Positions 28,486-36,926 of a stretch of 64,000 bases of DNA are shown here, in pieces. Under the pieces are notes generated by a model. The model ran no database searches. It was given only the letters and a program-made list of their open reading frames with translations, and was not told where the DNA came from. The translations under genes were made by a program, and so were the position numbers. The stretch's first letter is position 1; each line of letters begins with the position of its first letter. The stretch covers positions 186,001-250,000 of the IMG/VR virus record IMGVR_UViG_3300044797_000098; one strand, written 5' to 3'.

Positions 28486-29403
28486 TTATTTAAGTTTCAT
28501 ATCCTTTAATTTTTGCAATATCTTCTTACGCTTGTTTCTGCGTTTCTTGCGAAAATCAGCAACGCTATCGTATTTATCAAGATTCATATATAAACCTTCA
28601 CCATAATCGTAATTGCGTTTTAACTGTGAAGATTTCACTACCGAAGTTCTCTTTGCATAATATGGCTGTAATTCCTCCGTTATTGGAATAGCATCCCATA
28701 AATTAGTTTTATTTATTATTGCTACGGCTCGTTCAGGATTTTTCTTCATTGCCTTATCAAGATTCTTTTTTAGATATCCATCTGGTGATAGTCTAACCAT
28801 ATCTTTATTCTGTGATATCCATTTGATTATATCTGGATCGACATCGAAGTCAAGTTTTGCTGATAGATATACTACACGAATAATACGATTAGTATTATAC
28901 CTAAATGTTGTATCTGGATCAAGACAAGTTCGTATTATTTTATTTTTTATATCTTTTATGCCTTGGTGAGTGGGGTCTTTGATTTTTTTAAGATCTAATG
29001 TCATTAGTAATGTATTACAATAAAAATCACGAGAAAACATCTCACGATCTAAATCTGTTGGGTTTTTTATACCAAGTTGATGGAGATGAAGATTAATTTT
29101 TGGTATAATGAAGTTTGATGAAAAATCAAGTTTAAATTGATTTCCCGGAAAAATTATACTACGGTGCCCATCATCACCCTGTGATGTTTTAATATTGTAA
29201 TGTTTTTTAAGTTCTATACCTAATTCTTCTGCAAGATTATGGACGAGTTTATTACCGGTGGTTAAATCAAGATCATTCAATTCATTTGGTTTAATAATAC
29301 CAAGCATTTTGTCGCGTGGAGTTCCGCCAACAATCCAACAATTTGGAATGTTGTTTTCATCACCGACTTTCTTGATTAAACTTAAAAGGTCGCGAAGTTT
29401 CAT
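28486..29403 (-). CDS. Class II tRNA nucleotidyltransferase / poly(A) polymerase family protein with non-canonical motif D
   Basis: WIVGGTPRDKMLG, NDLDLTT (DxD), SRDFYCN, DPTHQGIKDIKNKIIR; EDxxR position reads YNTNR. Confidence 0.88.
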   Translation of the reverse strand: MKLRDLLSLIKKVGDENNIPNCWIVGGTPRDKMLGIIKPNELNDLDLTTGNKLVHNLAEELGIELKKHYNIKTSQGDDGHRSIIFPGNQFKLDFSSNFIIPKINLHLHQLGIKNPTDLDREMFSRDFYCNTLLMTLDLKKIKDPTHQGIKDIKNKIIRTCLDPDTTFRYNTNRIIRVVYLSAKLDFDVDPDIIKWISQNKDMVRLSPDGYLKKNLDKAMKKNPERAVAIINKTNLWDAIPITEELQPYYAKRTSVVKSSQLKRNYDYGEGLYMNLDKYDSVADFRKKRRNKRKKILQKLKDMKLK

Positions 29404-29412
29404 TCACTTCCT

Positions 29413-31059
29413 TTATACCGCTGGTGCCGGGGCTGGTTTTGGTGCCGGTGAAACCGGTGCTGGATTTTCTACTTCTATTGGCTGAGCAGCAAGTTCACCT
29501 TGTGGATTTTCAACGGTTCCTTCTGGTTTCGTTGCTTTTTCCATATCTGTTTGATCTTGAAGTTGTTTTTTAACTTCTTTTCGTTGCTTCTCTTTTTGAT
29601 CCATTTGTTCTAAATTTGATTTAATGGCTTGTGCTCCCGGTGGAGTTTTTTGATTGTCTCCTTCGAGATCGATATTTTTTGATTTAACCGAGCCTCTTAA
29701 TTTAGATAGTATCTCATCTATACGCACGAGAGCATATTGGCCAGAATCGAGACTCTTATTGATACTTTCACCGAGTTGTGGAAAGAATTGTGCCAATCCA
29801 AGTCTTGACAACATTAAATCACATACCGCTAATTGGCGCGCAATTTCTCTCGTTCGAAAAATATTATTGACCTGTTCTAATTTATTAATAACATCTTGAA
29901 CCGTTAAATTAGCAAAAGCACTATCTAATATAGTATCAATATCAGTTTTAGGCGCTTCAACGCTTGGTGGTTTATCTACATTTTCTGGTGTTATGCCAGG
30001 CGCTTCCGGTTTAGGTTGATCAGTTTTTAAATCAGGTTTAGGATCAGGAGCATCAGGAGGTATTGCTTGTGCCTCAACAACTAAATCATTTTTACCTTCT
30101 GGAATAATTTCTTGATCCATCAGCACATCATTATCAATTTCGACTTCATTAATATCGTCAACCTGTGCTTGATCAGTTTTTTCTTCATCAGGTGTTTCAG
30201 TAATACCGGCATCCTCTAAATTATCTATGAACTTACCTACTGCACTATCCTCTGTTATGCCCTTATCTTTTACTGTTCCAGGTGGAGGAGCTTGTAAAAT
30301 ATCAGGAGTATTATTTGGTATACTACCACCGCCTTGTGGCTGACTACCACCAGCAGGAATATCTCCAAGATTTATACTCATATCACCAGGAGTTTGTTGA
30401 GCGAGTTTTACCATAAAACTACTTGCATCAGTGAATCCTTCTTTTTGTAAAATATTAGCTTGGCGAATAATTAAATCTACAACTGTTTGTAATGAAGCAG
30501 TTGATATTTTATTTACTATCTGTATTTGTTTCTTTAATTCAAAAATTGCCGAAAGCAATCTTTCAAAATCACCACCGGCGAACATATGTCCTTGCTGCGA
30601 ACTTAAAAGTTTTTCGGCTGAATTAAGTCTTCCAAGTATTTTTCTACGAAGATCTTCTATCGTTTGTCTTTTTTCTTCTTCACTTTTTTGTTTTGCAGCA
30701 GCATTGGCTGCTTCTTGTGGTGCATTTGATATTTGATCACTTACCGTGCGGAGAGGATTTGGTATATTTTGTTTTGGATTTGGGAGAAAGTAATTAGTAT
30801 CCTCATTTATATAGTATGAGGCATTCTGAGCCTTTTTATATTTTTTAAAATCTCCGGATTCATAATACTTCATCCAGTTAATAAAATCTAATTTTTCTAT
30901 TGGATTCCAGTCAGCAGTAATAGAATCTATTGCGCTATTTTTATTTATACCAAAATGCATTTTTATATATACATTTTTCATAGATTCCATCCATCTACTT
31001 AAATTATAGATAGGTTTGGTCGACATGGAATCAGACAACATAGGAAAAGCTTGCTTCAT
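29413..31059 (-). CDS. Putative internal head protein
   Basis: 548 aa; QANILQKEGFTDA motif; K-x-A-Q sites preceding Pro-rich acidic linkers. Confidence 0.65.
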   Translation of the reverse strand: MKQAFPMLSDSMSTKPIYNLSRWMESMKNVYIKMHFGINKNSAIDSITADWNPIEKLDFINWMKYYESGDFKKYKKAQNASYYINEDTNYFLPNPKQNIPNPLRTVSDQISNAPQEAANAAAKQKSEEEKRQTIEDLRRKILGRLNSAEKLLSSQQGHMFAGGDFERLLSAIFELKKQIQIVNKISTASLQTVVDLIIRQANILQKEGFTDASSFMVKLAQQTPGDMSINLGDIPAGGSQPQGGGSIPNNTPDILQAPPPGTVKDKGITEDSAVGKFIDNLEDAGITETPDEEKTDQAQVDDINEVEIDNDVLMDQEIIPEGKNDLVVEAQAIPPDAPDPKPDLKTDQPKPEAPGITPENVDKPPSVEAPKTDIDTILDSAFANLTVQDVINKLEQVNNIFRTREIARQLAVCDLMLSRLGLAQFFPQLGESINKSLDSGQYALVRIDEILSKLRGSVKSKNIDLEGDNQKTPPGAQAIKSNLEQMDQKEKQRKEVKKQLQDQTDMEKATKPEGTVENPQGELAAQPIEVENPAPVSPAPKPAPAPAV

Positions 31060-31082
31060 AGTGATATGCTGAATAATGGCTA

Positions 31083-31832
31083 TTAATCTAATTTTTGGCT
31101 AATAGTTTCACTCAATAATGTCGCTTCTTTCAATCTTGTTTCAACTGGGAGAGGAGTTATATCTTTTGGTTTTAATTTTTTCATTTCATCATTAAACATT
31201 TCAATAAATAACAAAGAGGTATCATAATCTAATTTTGTTAGTATTTCTTTTATTATATTAAATACAACATTTATATGATCATCAACTACCTGAATATTAA
31301 TATTATTTTGTATATTTATTTGATCTGATGGACCATTGAGGATGGTATCATATTTCTCAGTAATAGCCAATAATGTATTAAACCATTCAATAAGAGCTCT
31401 ATCTGGACGAAAGTTGGCTGGATCTTCTTGCATAATATCGAACATCTGAGAAAGACGAAGTTCAGCATTTACAACTAATTTTTTTATTATTGATTTTATA
31501 TCGACTTCTTTATCTGCATATTTTTCTAATGCCGTGTGATATGCTGATGTTCCCTGTATTTCAGTCTGTAATTGTTGTGAAGCAGTTATATTTGATTTAG
31601 TTTTTTCTAAATCTTCTCTCATTATTGTATAAAAATCGAGATATTCATCTTTAAATGATGTGATATATCTTTCTGAAAAAATAAACGCTTTTTCAGTATC
31701 AGGATTATATTTTGCTTTAAGCCATTCAGCTATATCAGCGCTCGATATACCAGCTAAAAGTTTGCTAACTATTTCATCTTTATCAGGATGTTTTAAAAAC
31801 CTTTTAGCTATATTTTCTTTATTTTTTGCCAT
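31083..31832 (-). CDS. Possible terminase small subunit
   Basis: N-terminal HTH (HPDKDEIVSKLLAGISSADIAEWL), central helices, beta-prone INIQNNINIQV; in the packaging cluster. Confidence 0.45.
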   Translation of the reverse strand: MAKNKENIAKRFLKHPDKDEIVSKLLAGISSADIAEWLKAKYNPDTEKAFIFSERYITSFKDEYLDFYTIMREDLEKTKSNITASQQLQTEIQGTSAYHTALEKYADKEVDIKSIIKKLVVNAELRLSQMFDIMQEDPANFRPDRALIEWFNTLLAITEKYDTILNGPSDQINIQNNINIQVVDDHINVVFNIIKEILTKLDYDTSLLFIEMFNDEMKKLKPKDITPLPVETRLKEATLLSETISQKLD

Positions 31833-31855
31833 CTTTACTGTTTATTATGTAGTAA

Positions 31856-32566
31856 TTATTCTTGACCCAATCTTTGGCTTCTTGTATCAAACACTGTATG
31901 CGCATTTTCGTGTTGCATTATTTTTGTTTGCTCACTGACATCACCACCGGGAACTTTATTCCCATCTAATGTTGAAAAACCCGTTTCAAAATCATATACT
32001 TTATGATCCATGCAACATTGCCATCTGTGTTCACCTACACGAGCTAATTGTGCTCCAGCATGATCTGGACATGTTCTGGCACTTAATGGTGCCTCTAATA
32101 TACGATATTTTTTATAATTAGGACTTTTTTCGATATCTTTTATCGAGTCACTAACTTTATTCATTTCGTCTTGTTTTACTTTTGGATCCTTATACTTTTT
32201 TTTTAATTGCTCAATTCTATCATCTTCCATTTGTTTAGCAGCTGCAACTGCATTTTTTGGTGCAGCGAATGTCAATAAGATTTCATCAAGCACGCTTGCT
32301 TGTTTCATTAGTAATTCATCACCGCTTTCATCAAAAGCAGCAGCAACGGCAGCTAATTCATCAAGTTTTTCTGATGTTATTACCGGTTCTTCTGGTTCAA
32401 TTTTACTAACTTCTTCTGCACCTTCTCGTATCATCTCTGATGCTTTTACCAATGAACTTGCAACGATATTTAGACAATCTTCGTCGCCTTCGGCATTAAC
32501 CAAAAGATCATTTTCTGAACTTTCGAGCCAACTTGCAACTAGTAATAGTTTCTCTGATAGTTTCAT
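31856..32566 (-). CDS. Putative internal head protein with C-terminal zinc ribbon
   Basis: AAAFDESGDELLMKQA motif; CPDH...CCMDH. Confidence 0.65.
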   Translation of the reverse strand: MKLSEKLLLVASWLESSENDLLVNAEGDEDCLNIVASSLVKASEMIREGAEEVSKIEPEEPVITSEKLDELAAVAAAFDESGDELLMKQASVLDEILLTFAAPKNAVAAAKQMEDDRIEQLKKKYKDPKVKQDEMNKVSDSIKDIEKSPNYKKYRILEAPLSARTCPDHAGAQLARVGEHRWQCCMDHKVYDFETGFSTLDGNKVPGGDVSEQTKIMQHENAHTVFDTRSQRLGQE

Positions 32567-32575
32567 TTGTTTCCT

Positions 32576-34198
32576 CTAAAAAAATATCTTCGAGTTTTGT
32601 AAATATGCACCTTCATATGTGTCATCCATTCCGCGACGATAGTTAGGATGGCAATCTCCGTTCTTATCCTGATACACTTTATGTAACGGAAGCCCGGTAT
32701 GACCACATAATTCGTGTTTGCTGGAAGCGTTTTTCACTACCATCTTACAAGTGGTTGGTGTTGCAATTTTATTTGCACCGAGCCCGTTAGTATATTCTGC
32801 GAAAGCTGTTTGATATGCTTTATCATCACCTGATTCAGACAAAACATTTAGCGCATCTTCTGCTTTATCGAGATTTTCCTCTGCTACTGCTTGGCGAACA
32901 AGCTGAACAAGCTCACTTGCTTTCAAACCATATAATGGTGAAGCGACTGCTGCTGTCCTATAATCCTTGGCTTCTTTATTATTTAAAGAATTAATTCCAT
33001 CTTTGGAAAAAGACTCAATCATTCCTGATGCAATCATAATATCTGGATCAATAATTTTACCATTTTCAACACTAACTGGAACACGGAAAGCTAATCTGCC
33101 ATTATTTATTGATACCGCATATGTTATTGACTTATTATCACTATTAAATACTGATACTTGATGATTTTTTAACCCAAAACTATTTAATTTATTAATAATA
33201 GCATTTCTACCAGCATTTACTTTATCTTTACCAATTGAAAAGTTCGCAACACCAACCGCTGAATCGAAAGATTTAGCGAATGATTCCATTTCTTTATCTT
33301 GATATTTTGGAGTATTTACAACTAAGTTCTTATCTTCTGCTTCAACATTTTGGAAAAATACGCCACCAGCAAAATAATCTGATTTTGTATCTTTTTCTGA
33401 ATTTAATTTTATTAGTGCCATATCGACATTACTAATTTTTTCGATACCATTTTCCTTAATATTTTTCATCGCTTGAAGCACTAATTTATCTGAAACTGTT
33501 AATTTTTTGCCAGCATTGACTGTTATATATGATTCTAAATTAGATTTGGAAAAATCTTCTGGCCCAGCATTTCCTACGAAAACTGACGGTAATAATGCTT
33601 TTCCTGCGACTATTTCTATTGGAATAAATACCGATGTCATTCCTTTTGGAGTTTCAAAAGATGCTTGACAAGTTATGAAACTATTATCACCATTAACAAC
33701 ACTAATATTTGATGCTAATTTTATATTCGCACACGCGCGCGCGCATGCATTTTGAGCAATTTTTGCCGAGGATTCCGTATTACCACGCACTGGATTACCA
33801 AAAATACTATCTAATGCATTGGCTAATGTTGGATCAACAACTTTCTCAAAAGCTTCTTTGACTAATGAAAGATTTTCTATATTATCTCTATTATATGTTT
33901 TTGGTGCAGCAAGTTTTTCTATTTGGCCCAATTCTTGGGAAAATATTTCTGCGAACTTTGTATTTCTTGAATATAATCTTTTATATAAATCTTTTATTTC
34001 CGCTCTTGTTATGAATAATTTATTACTACCAGTCATTCTTGATACTACGTTGGCCATCACTCCAATTGTCTGATCTTCTGGATATGCTTCGGAAGCTTGC
34101 GAAAGTTTTTCTGCAAAAGATGATATAAGCACTTTTTCATTATCATCTATTGATTTTGATAGCGAGGAAGCAATATTTTTAATTTGATTAAAATCCAT
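32576..34198 (-). CDS. Hypothetical structural protein with two repeated alpha/beta domains
   Basis: VFIPIEIVAGKALLPSVFV....EDFSKSNL versus FRVPVSVENGKIIDPDIMI....ESFSKDGI. Confidence 0.7.
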   Translation of the reverse strand: MDFNQIKNIASSLSKSIDDNEKVLISSFAEKLSQASEAYPEDQTIGVMANVVSRMTGSNKLFITRAEIKDLYKRLYSRNTKFAEIFSQELGQIEKLAAPKTYNRDNIENLSLVKEAFEKVVDPTLANALDSIFGNPVRGNTESSAKIAQNACARACANIKLASNISVVNGDNSFITCQASFETPKGMTSVFIPIEIVAGKALLPSVFVGNAGPEDFSKSNLESYITVNAGKKLTVSDKLVLQAMKNIKENGIEKISNVDMALIKLNSEKDTKSDYFAGGVFFQNVEAEDKNLVVNTPKYQDKEMESFAKSFDSAVGVANFSIGKDKVNAGRNAIINKLNSFGLKNHQVSVFNSDNKSITYAVSINNGRLAFRVPVSVENGKIIDPDIMIASGMIESFSKDGINSLNNKEAKDYRTAAVASPLYGLKASELVQLVRQAVAEENLDKAEDALNVLSESGDDKAYQTAFAEYTNGLGANKIATPTTCKMVVKNASSKHELCGHTGLPLHKVYQDKNGDCHPNYRRGMDDTYEGAYLQNSKIFF

Positions 34199-34209
34199 TT
34201 GTTTGCCTG

Positions 34210-34683
34210 TTATTGAAGTATCTCTGGGTGTGTTGCAAGAATGTTTTGTTCTTCGCTTTTATTCAATGTCGACAAAAGAGCTTTTATAAAAGTTTTATCC
34301 GTTGCTAATTTTTGTGGAAGAAAACGCTTGACTGTTGAAAGATCTTCTAATGATAGCCCAAGATCTGATGCTGCAAACTTGGCAAAAGGAGTGCCACAAT
34401 AATAGATATTTACATATCCTGATTGTGATATCAATACATCCCAAGTTTTGTCGTCTGATGCTTTTTTTGTATCGATAGACGGTTCCTCGTTATATTTTGC
34501 AACTATATAAGATCCATCATCTGCGCTTTGTATTTGCCACAACTCATCGATATCATTACTATCTTTAAATCTAACTATATCGAATGCAACTTTTTCTAAC
34601 CTGTGCTTTACCTCATCTAAACGGTAAGTTTTAGTGCTAACGGTTTTATGAAGACTATTATAATCAATAGAAAAATTAGCCAT
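34210..34683 (-). CDS. Hypothetical protein, first gene of the head cluster
   Basis: 157-aa ORF; EKVAFD, KKASD. Confidence 0.7.
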   Translation of the reverse strand: MANFSIDYNSLHKTVSTKTYRLDEVKHRLEKVAFDIVRFKDSNDIDELWQIQSADDGSYIVAKYNEEPSIDTKKASDDKTWDVLISQSGYVNIYYCGTPFAKFAASDLGLSLEDLSTVKRFLPQKLATDKTFIKALLSTLNKSEEQNILATHPEILQ

Positions 34684-34751
34684 TTTTGCGGTTCCTTAAA
34701 AGGTATACTAAAATAATAGTGGATTATTAGTGGGTTATCTTATAAATGATA

Positions 34752-35225
34752 TTATTTGGTCCACGTTTCTTCACGAAGATCAGCTATCTGTTTCAATATT
34801 TCTATGATTTTTTCATCTTCTTGGCATAATTTACGTAAACGCCTTAAGCTCCCGCCATATACTATTTTAGTTTTTTTATTATTTTCATCCTTCTTTGAGT
34901 AATCTACGTTGCCATTTAATGATTTAGTTATACTACTTTGATTAACTCCAAGTATTTTGGCTGCTTCTTGTTGGGTCATTTTTTTTATTGATATTAGTTC
35001 AATAACCTGTTTTTGTCTTTTTGTTAGATTATCATCTACCAATCGCCAAAACTCGATTTTTAATCGTTCTTCAAGCTCTGCCACCGCTTCATTGTATTCG
35101 TGTGGATTGAGACGCTTATATATTGATGCATCTTCATTAAAAGATTCTAACATCTCTGTTGCTACTGATATCTCTCCAAAAAGAAACTGATACTTATTAC
35201 TTCTGTTCGTTCGTTTCTCGCTCAT
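34752..35225 (-). CDS. Sigma-70 region-4-like HTH transcription regulator
   Basis: LTKRQKQVIEL...MTQQEAAKILGVNQSSITKSL; no recognisable region 2. Confidence 0.75.
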   Translation of the reverse strand: MSEKRTNRSNKYQFLFGEISVATEMLESFNEDASIYKRLNPHEYNEAVAELEERLKIEFWRLVDDNLTKRQKQVIELISIKKMTQQEAAKILGVNQSSITKSLNGNVDYSKKDENNKKTKIVYGGSLRRLRKLCQEDEKIIEILKQIADLREETWTK

Positions 35226-35329
35226 GCTTTACTCCAAAATGAAAAAAGATGATTAATCAATTTGACTAACCATCTAATATATATCACTAATTATGTATAT
35301 CAGTTTTATTTTTCTACTAAAAATATCCC

Positions 35330-36073
35330 CTAAATCACCAAACTAAAATCTTCAAGCTTGTTCTCACTGAAAAATTGATCTAGATCTTTAAACCCATCAG
35401 GTAAATAAGCCTTTTTTATATTAGCATATTTTGAATAATTTTTTATTATTTTTTGCTCACCATCTTTTCCAGCATCATCACTATCGAGTATCAAAAATAT
35501 ATTATTCGTGTATCTTGTAAGTAATGCTATTTGCTCAAAAGACATATTAGATGATCCGAGCGCGACAACATTTTGTAAGCCTTTGCTATGTGCCTGTATA
35601 ACATCTAACTGGCCTTCCACTAAAATTACTAAATTATTTTTAATAATAGATTTTTTTGCCTTGTCTAATCCGAATAGATTAGATTTTTTTGAAAAGTGAG
35701 TATTTTTGTATTTTGATATATCTCTTAGATTTCTCTGATCATCTGAAAGAATACTCCTACCAACAATCCCAATAATTTCGCCATATACATTTTTATATGG
35801 TAAAACTAAATTATAATCCGACATAGTGCTGCATCTATGTTTTTGTCCATTGTAAATCTTATCATAAATCAGATCACAAGACTTTAATGTATCATTGCCA
35901 ACCATTGATGCCAATACTTCAAGATTTTGATTATTTGGAAAATATCCAAACTGCCATTCTTTTATTGCATCCCGTGAGAGACGATCACTTATGTATGTAT
36001 AAGTATCTTTGGCGGGAGCAAAATTATATAATAAGTCCGTACAACAATTTATTATTGTATCGAATATTGTCAT
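35330..36073 (-). CDS. dnaG: DNA primase catalytic core (Toprim) lacking the zinc-binding domain
   Basis: IIGIVGR, KYKNT..SKKSNLFG, ILVEGQLDVI, VALGS, LILDSDDAG, KDLDQ. Confidence 0.9.
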   Translation of the reverse strand: MTIFDTIINCCTDLLYNFAPAKDTYTYISDRLSRDAIKEWQFGYFPNNQNLEVLASMVGNDTLKSCDLIYDKIYNGQKHRCSTMSDYNLVLPYKNVYGEIIGIVGRSILSDDQRNLRDISKYKNTHFSKKSNLFGLDKAKKSIIKNNLVILVEGQLDVIQAHSKGLQNVVALGSSNMSFEQIALLTRYTNNIFLILDSDDAGKDGEQKIIKNYSKYANIKKAYLPDGFKDLDQFFSENKLEDFSLVI

Positions 36074-36297
36074 TTTAGTAAAGCCTTGGCATTTTTTATA
36101 CTAATAAAAATATTATGATACTGTGGATATTTATATAAAATAATATACTCTAATATATTCTGTGATTTATCGTCATATTGTTTCATAAAATATTTAATAA
36201 TTTCTCGCGCATCATTCTTATTAAGGGAATCTAATTTTGATAGATCCCAGTTTTTTACTATATTTTCAACTATATCATCAATAATTTTATTATTCAT
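36070..36297 (-). CDS. Small hypothetical protein
   Basis: ATGA overlaps on both sides; ILYKYPQYHN resembles IEELYPHYLE in the adjacent gene. Confidence 0.65.
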   Translation of the reverse strand: MNNKIIDDIVENIVKNWDLSKLDSLNKNDAREIIKYFMKQYDDKSQNILEYIILYKYPQYHNIFISIKNAKALLK

Positions 36298-36590
36298 TTT
36301 AATAATAATAACTTATTTATCAGCTCTAAATAGTGGGGATATAACTCTTCAATAATAAGCCTCATTGCTTCACATGATTTAATATTATGATTTACAACAA
36401 AATCTGACAATAACTGTTTAGCTTCAATTTCTGAAACCTCACTAATGTTTGACATACCATATCCTTTTAGGATACCCATGGATAGCTGTTTAATAACATT
36501 CTTTTTATGCTCACCTTTTAAAATAGCACTAGTGCCCTTTTGATTTTTCAACCACTCAATAGTATCTGAAAAATCCTGTGCTTTACTCAT
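36294..36590 (-). CDS. Small hypothetical protein
   Basis: ATGA overlaps; ends EELYPHYLELINKLLLLK. Confidence 0.65.
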   Translation of the reverse strand: MSKAQDFSDTIEWLKNQKGTSAILKGEHKKNVIKQLSMGILKGYGMSNISEVSEIEAKQLLSDFVVNHNIKSCEAMRLIIEELYPHYLELINKLLLLK

Positions 36591-36925
36591 AGATCTTTAT
36601 GGCCACCATTCTTAATTATTTCTCTAATTTGGTTTTCATATATTTTCGAGATATTTAATGCATTACCGCAACTTACGCACACTAATTTATTATTAGCATC
36701 TACCTTGGGTAATGCATCGGCTTTACATTTCGCACACTTAACTCCAAAAGCTACCTTGGCTGATTTTTTAACTTGATTTTGACTCTTCATTAAATTTTTG
36801 GTAAACACCGGGATATTAGATATCGGGGCATCACACTCTGAACAATGAACTTCCATTGTTATGGGATTTAGATATGGTTGCATTTCCTTACGGCAACCTT
36901 TTGTAGTACAATTAGTTATAAACAT
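36587..36925 (-). CDS. Double zinc-ribbon protein
   Basis: CTTKGC, CSEC, CAKC, CVSC. Confidence 0.7.
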   Translation of the reverse strand: MFITNCTTKGCRKEMQPYLNPITMEVHCSECDAPISNIPVFTKNLMKSQNQVKKSAKVAFGVKCAKCKADALPKVDANNKLVCVSCGNALNISKIYENQIREIIKNGGHKDL

Positions 36926-36926
36926 A

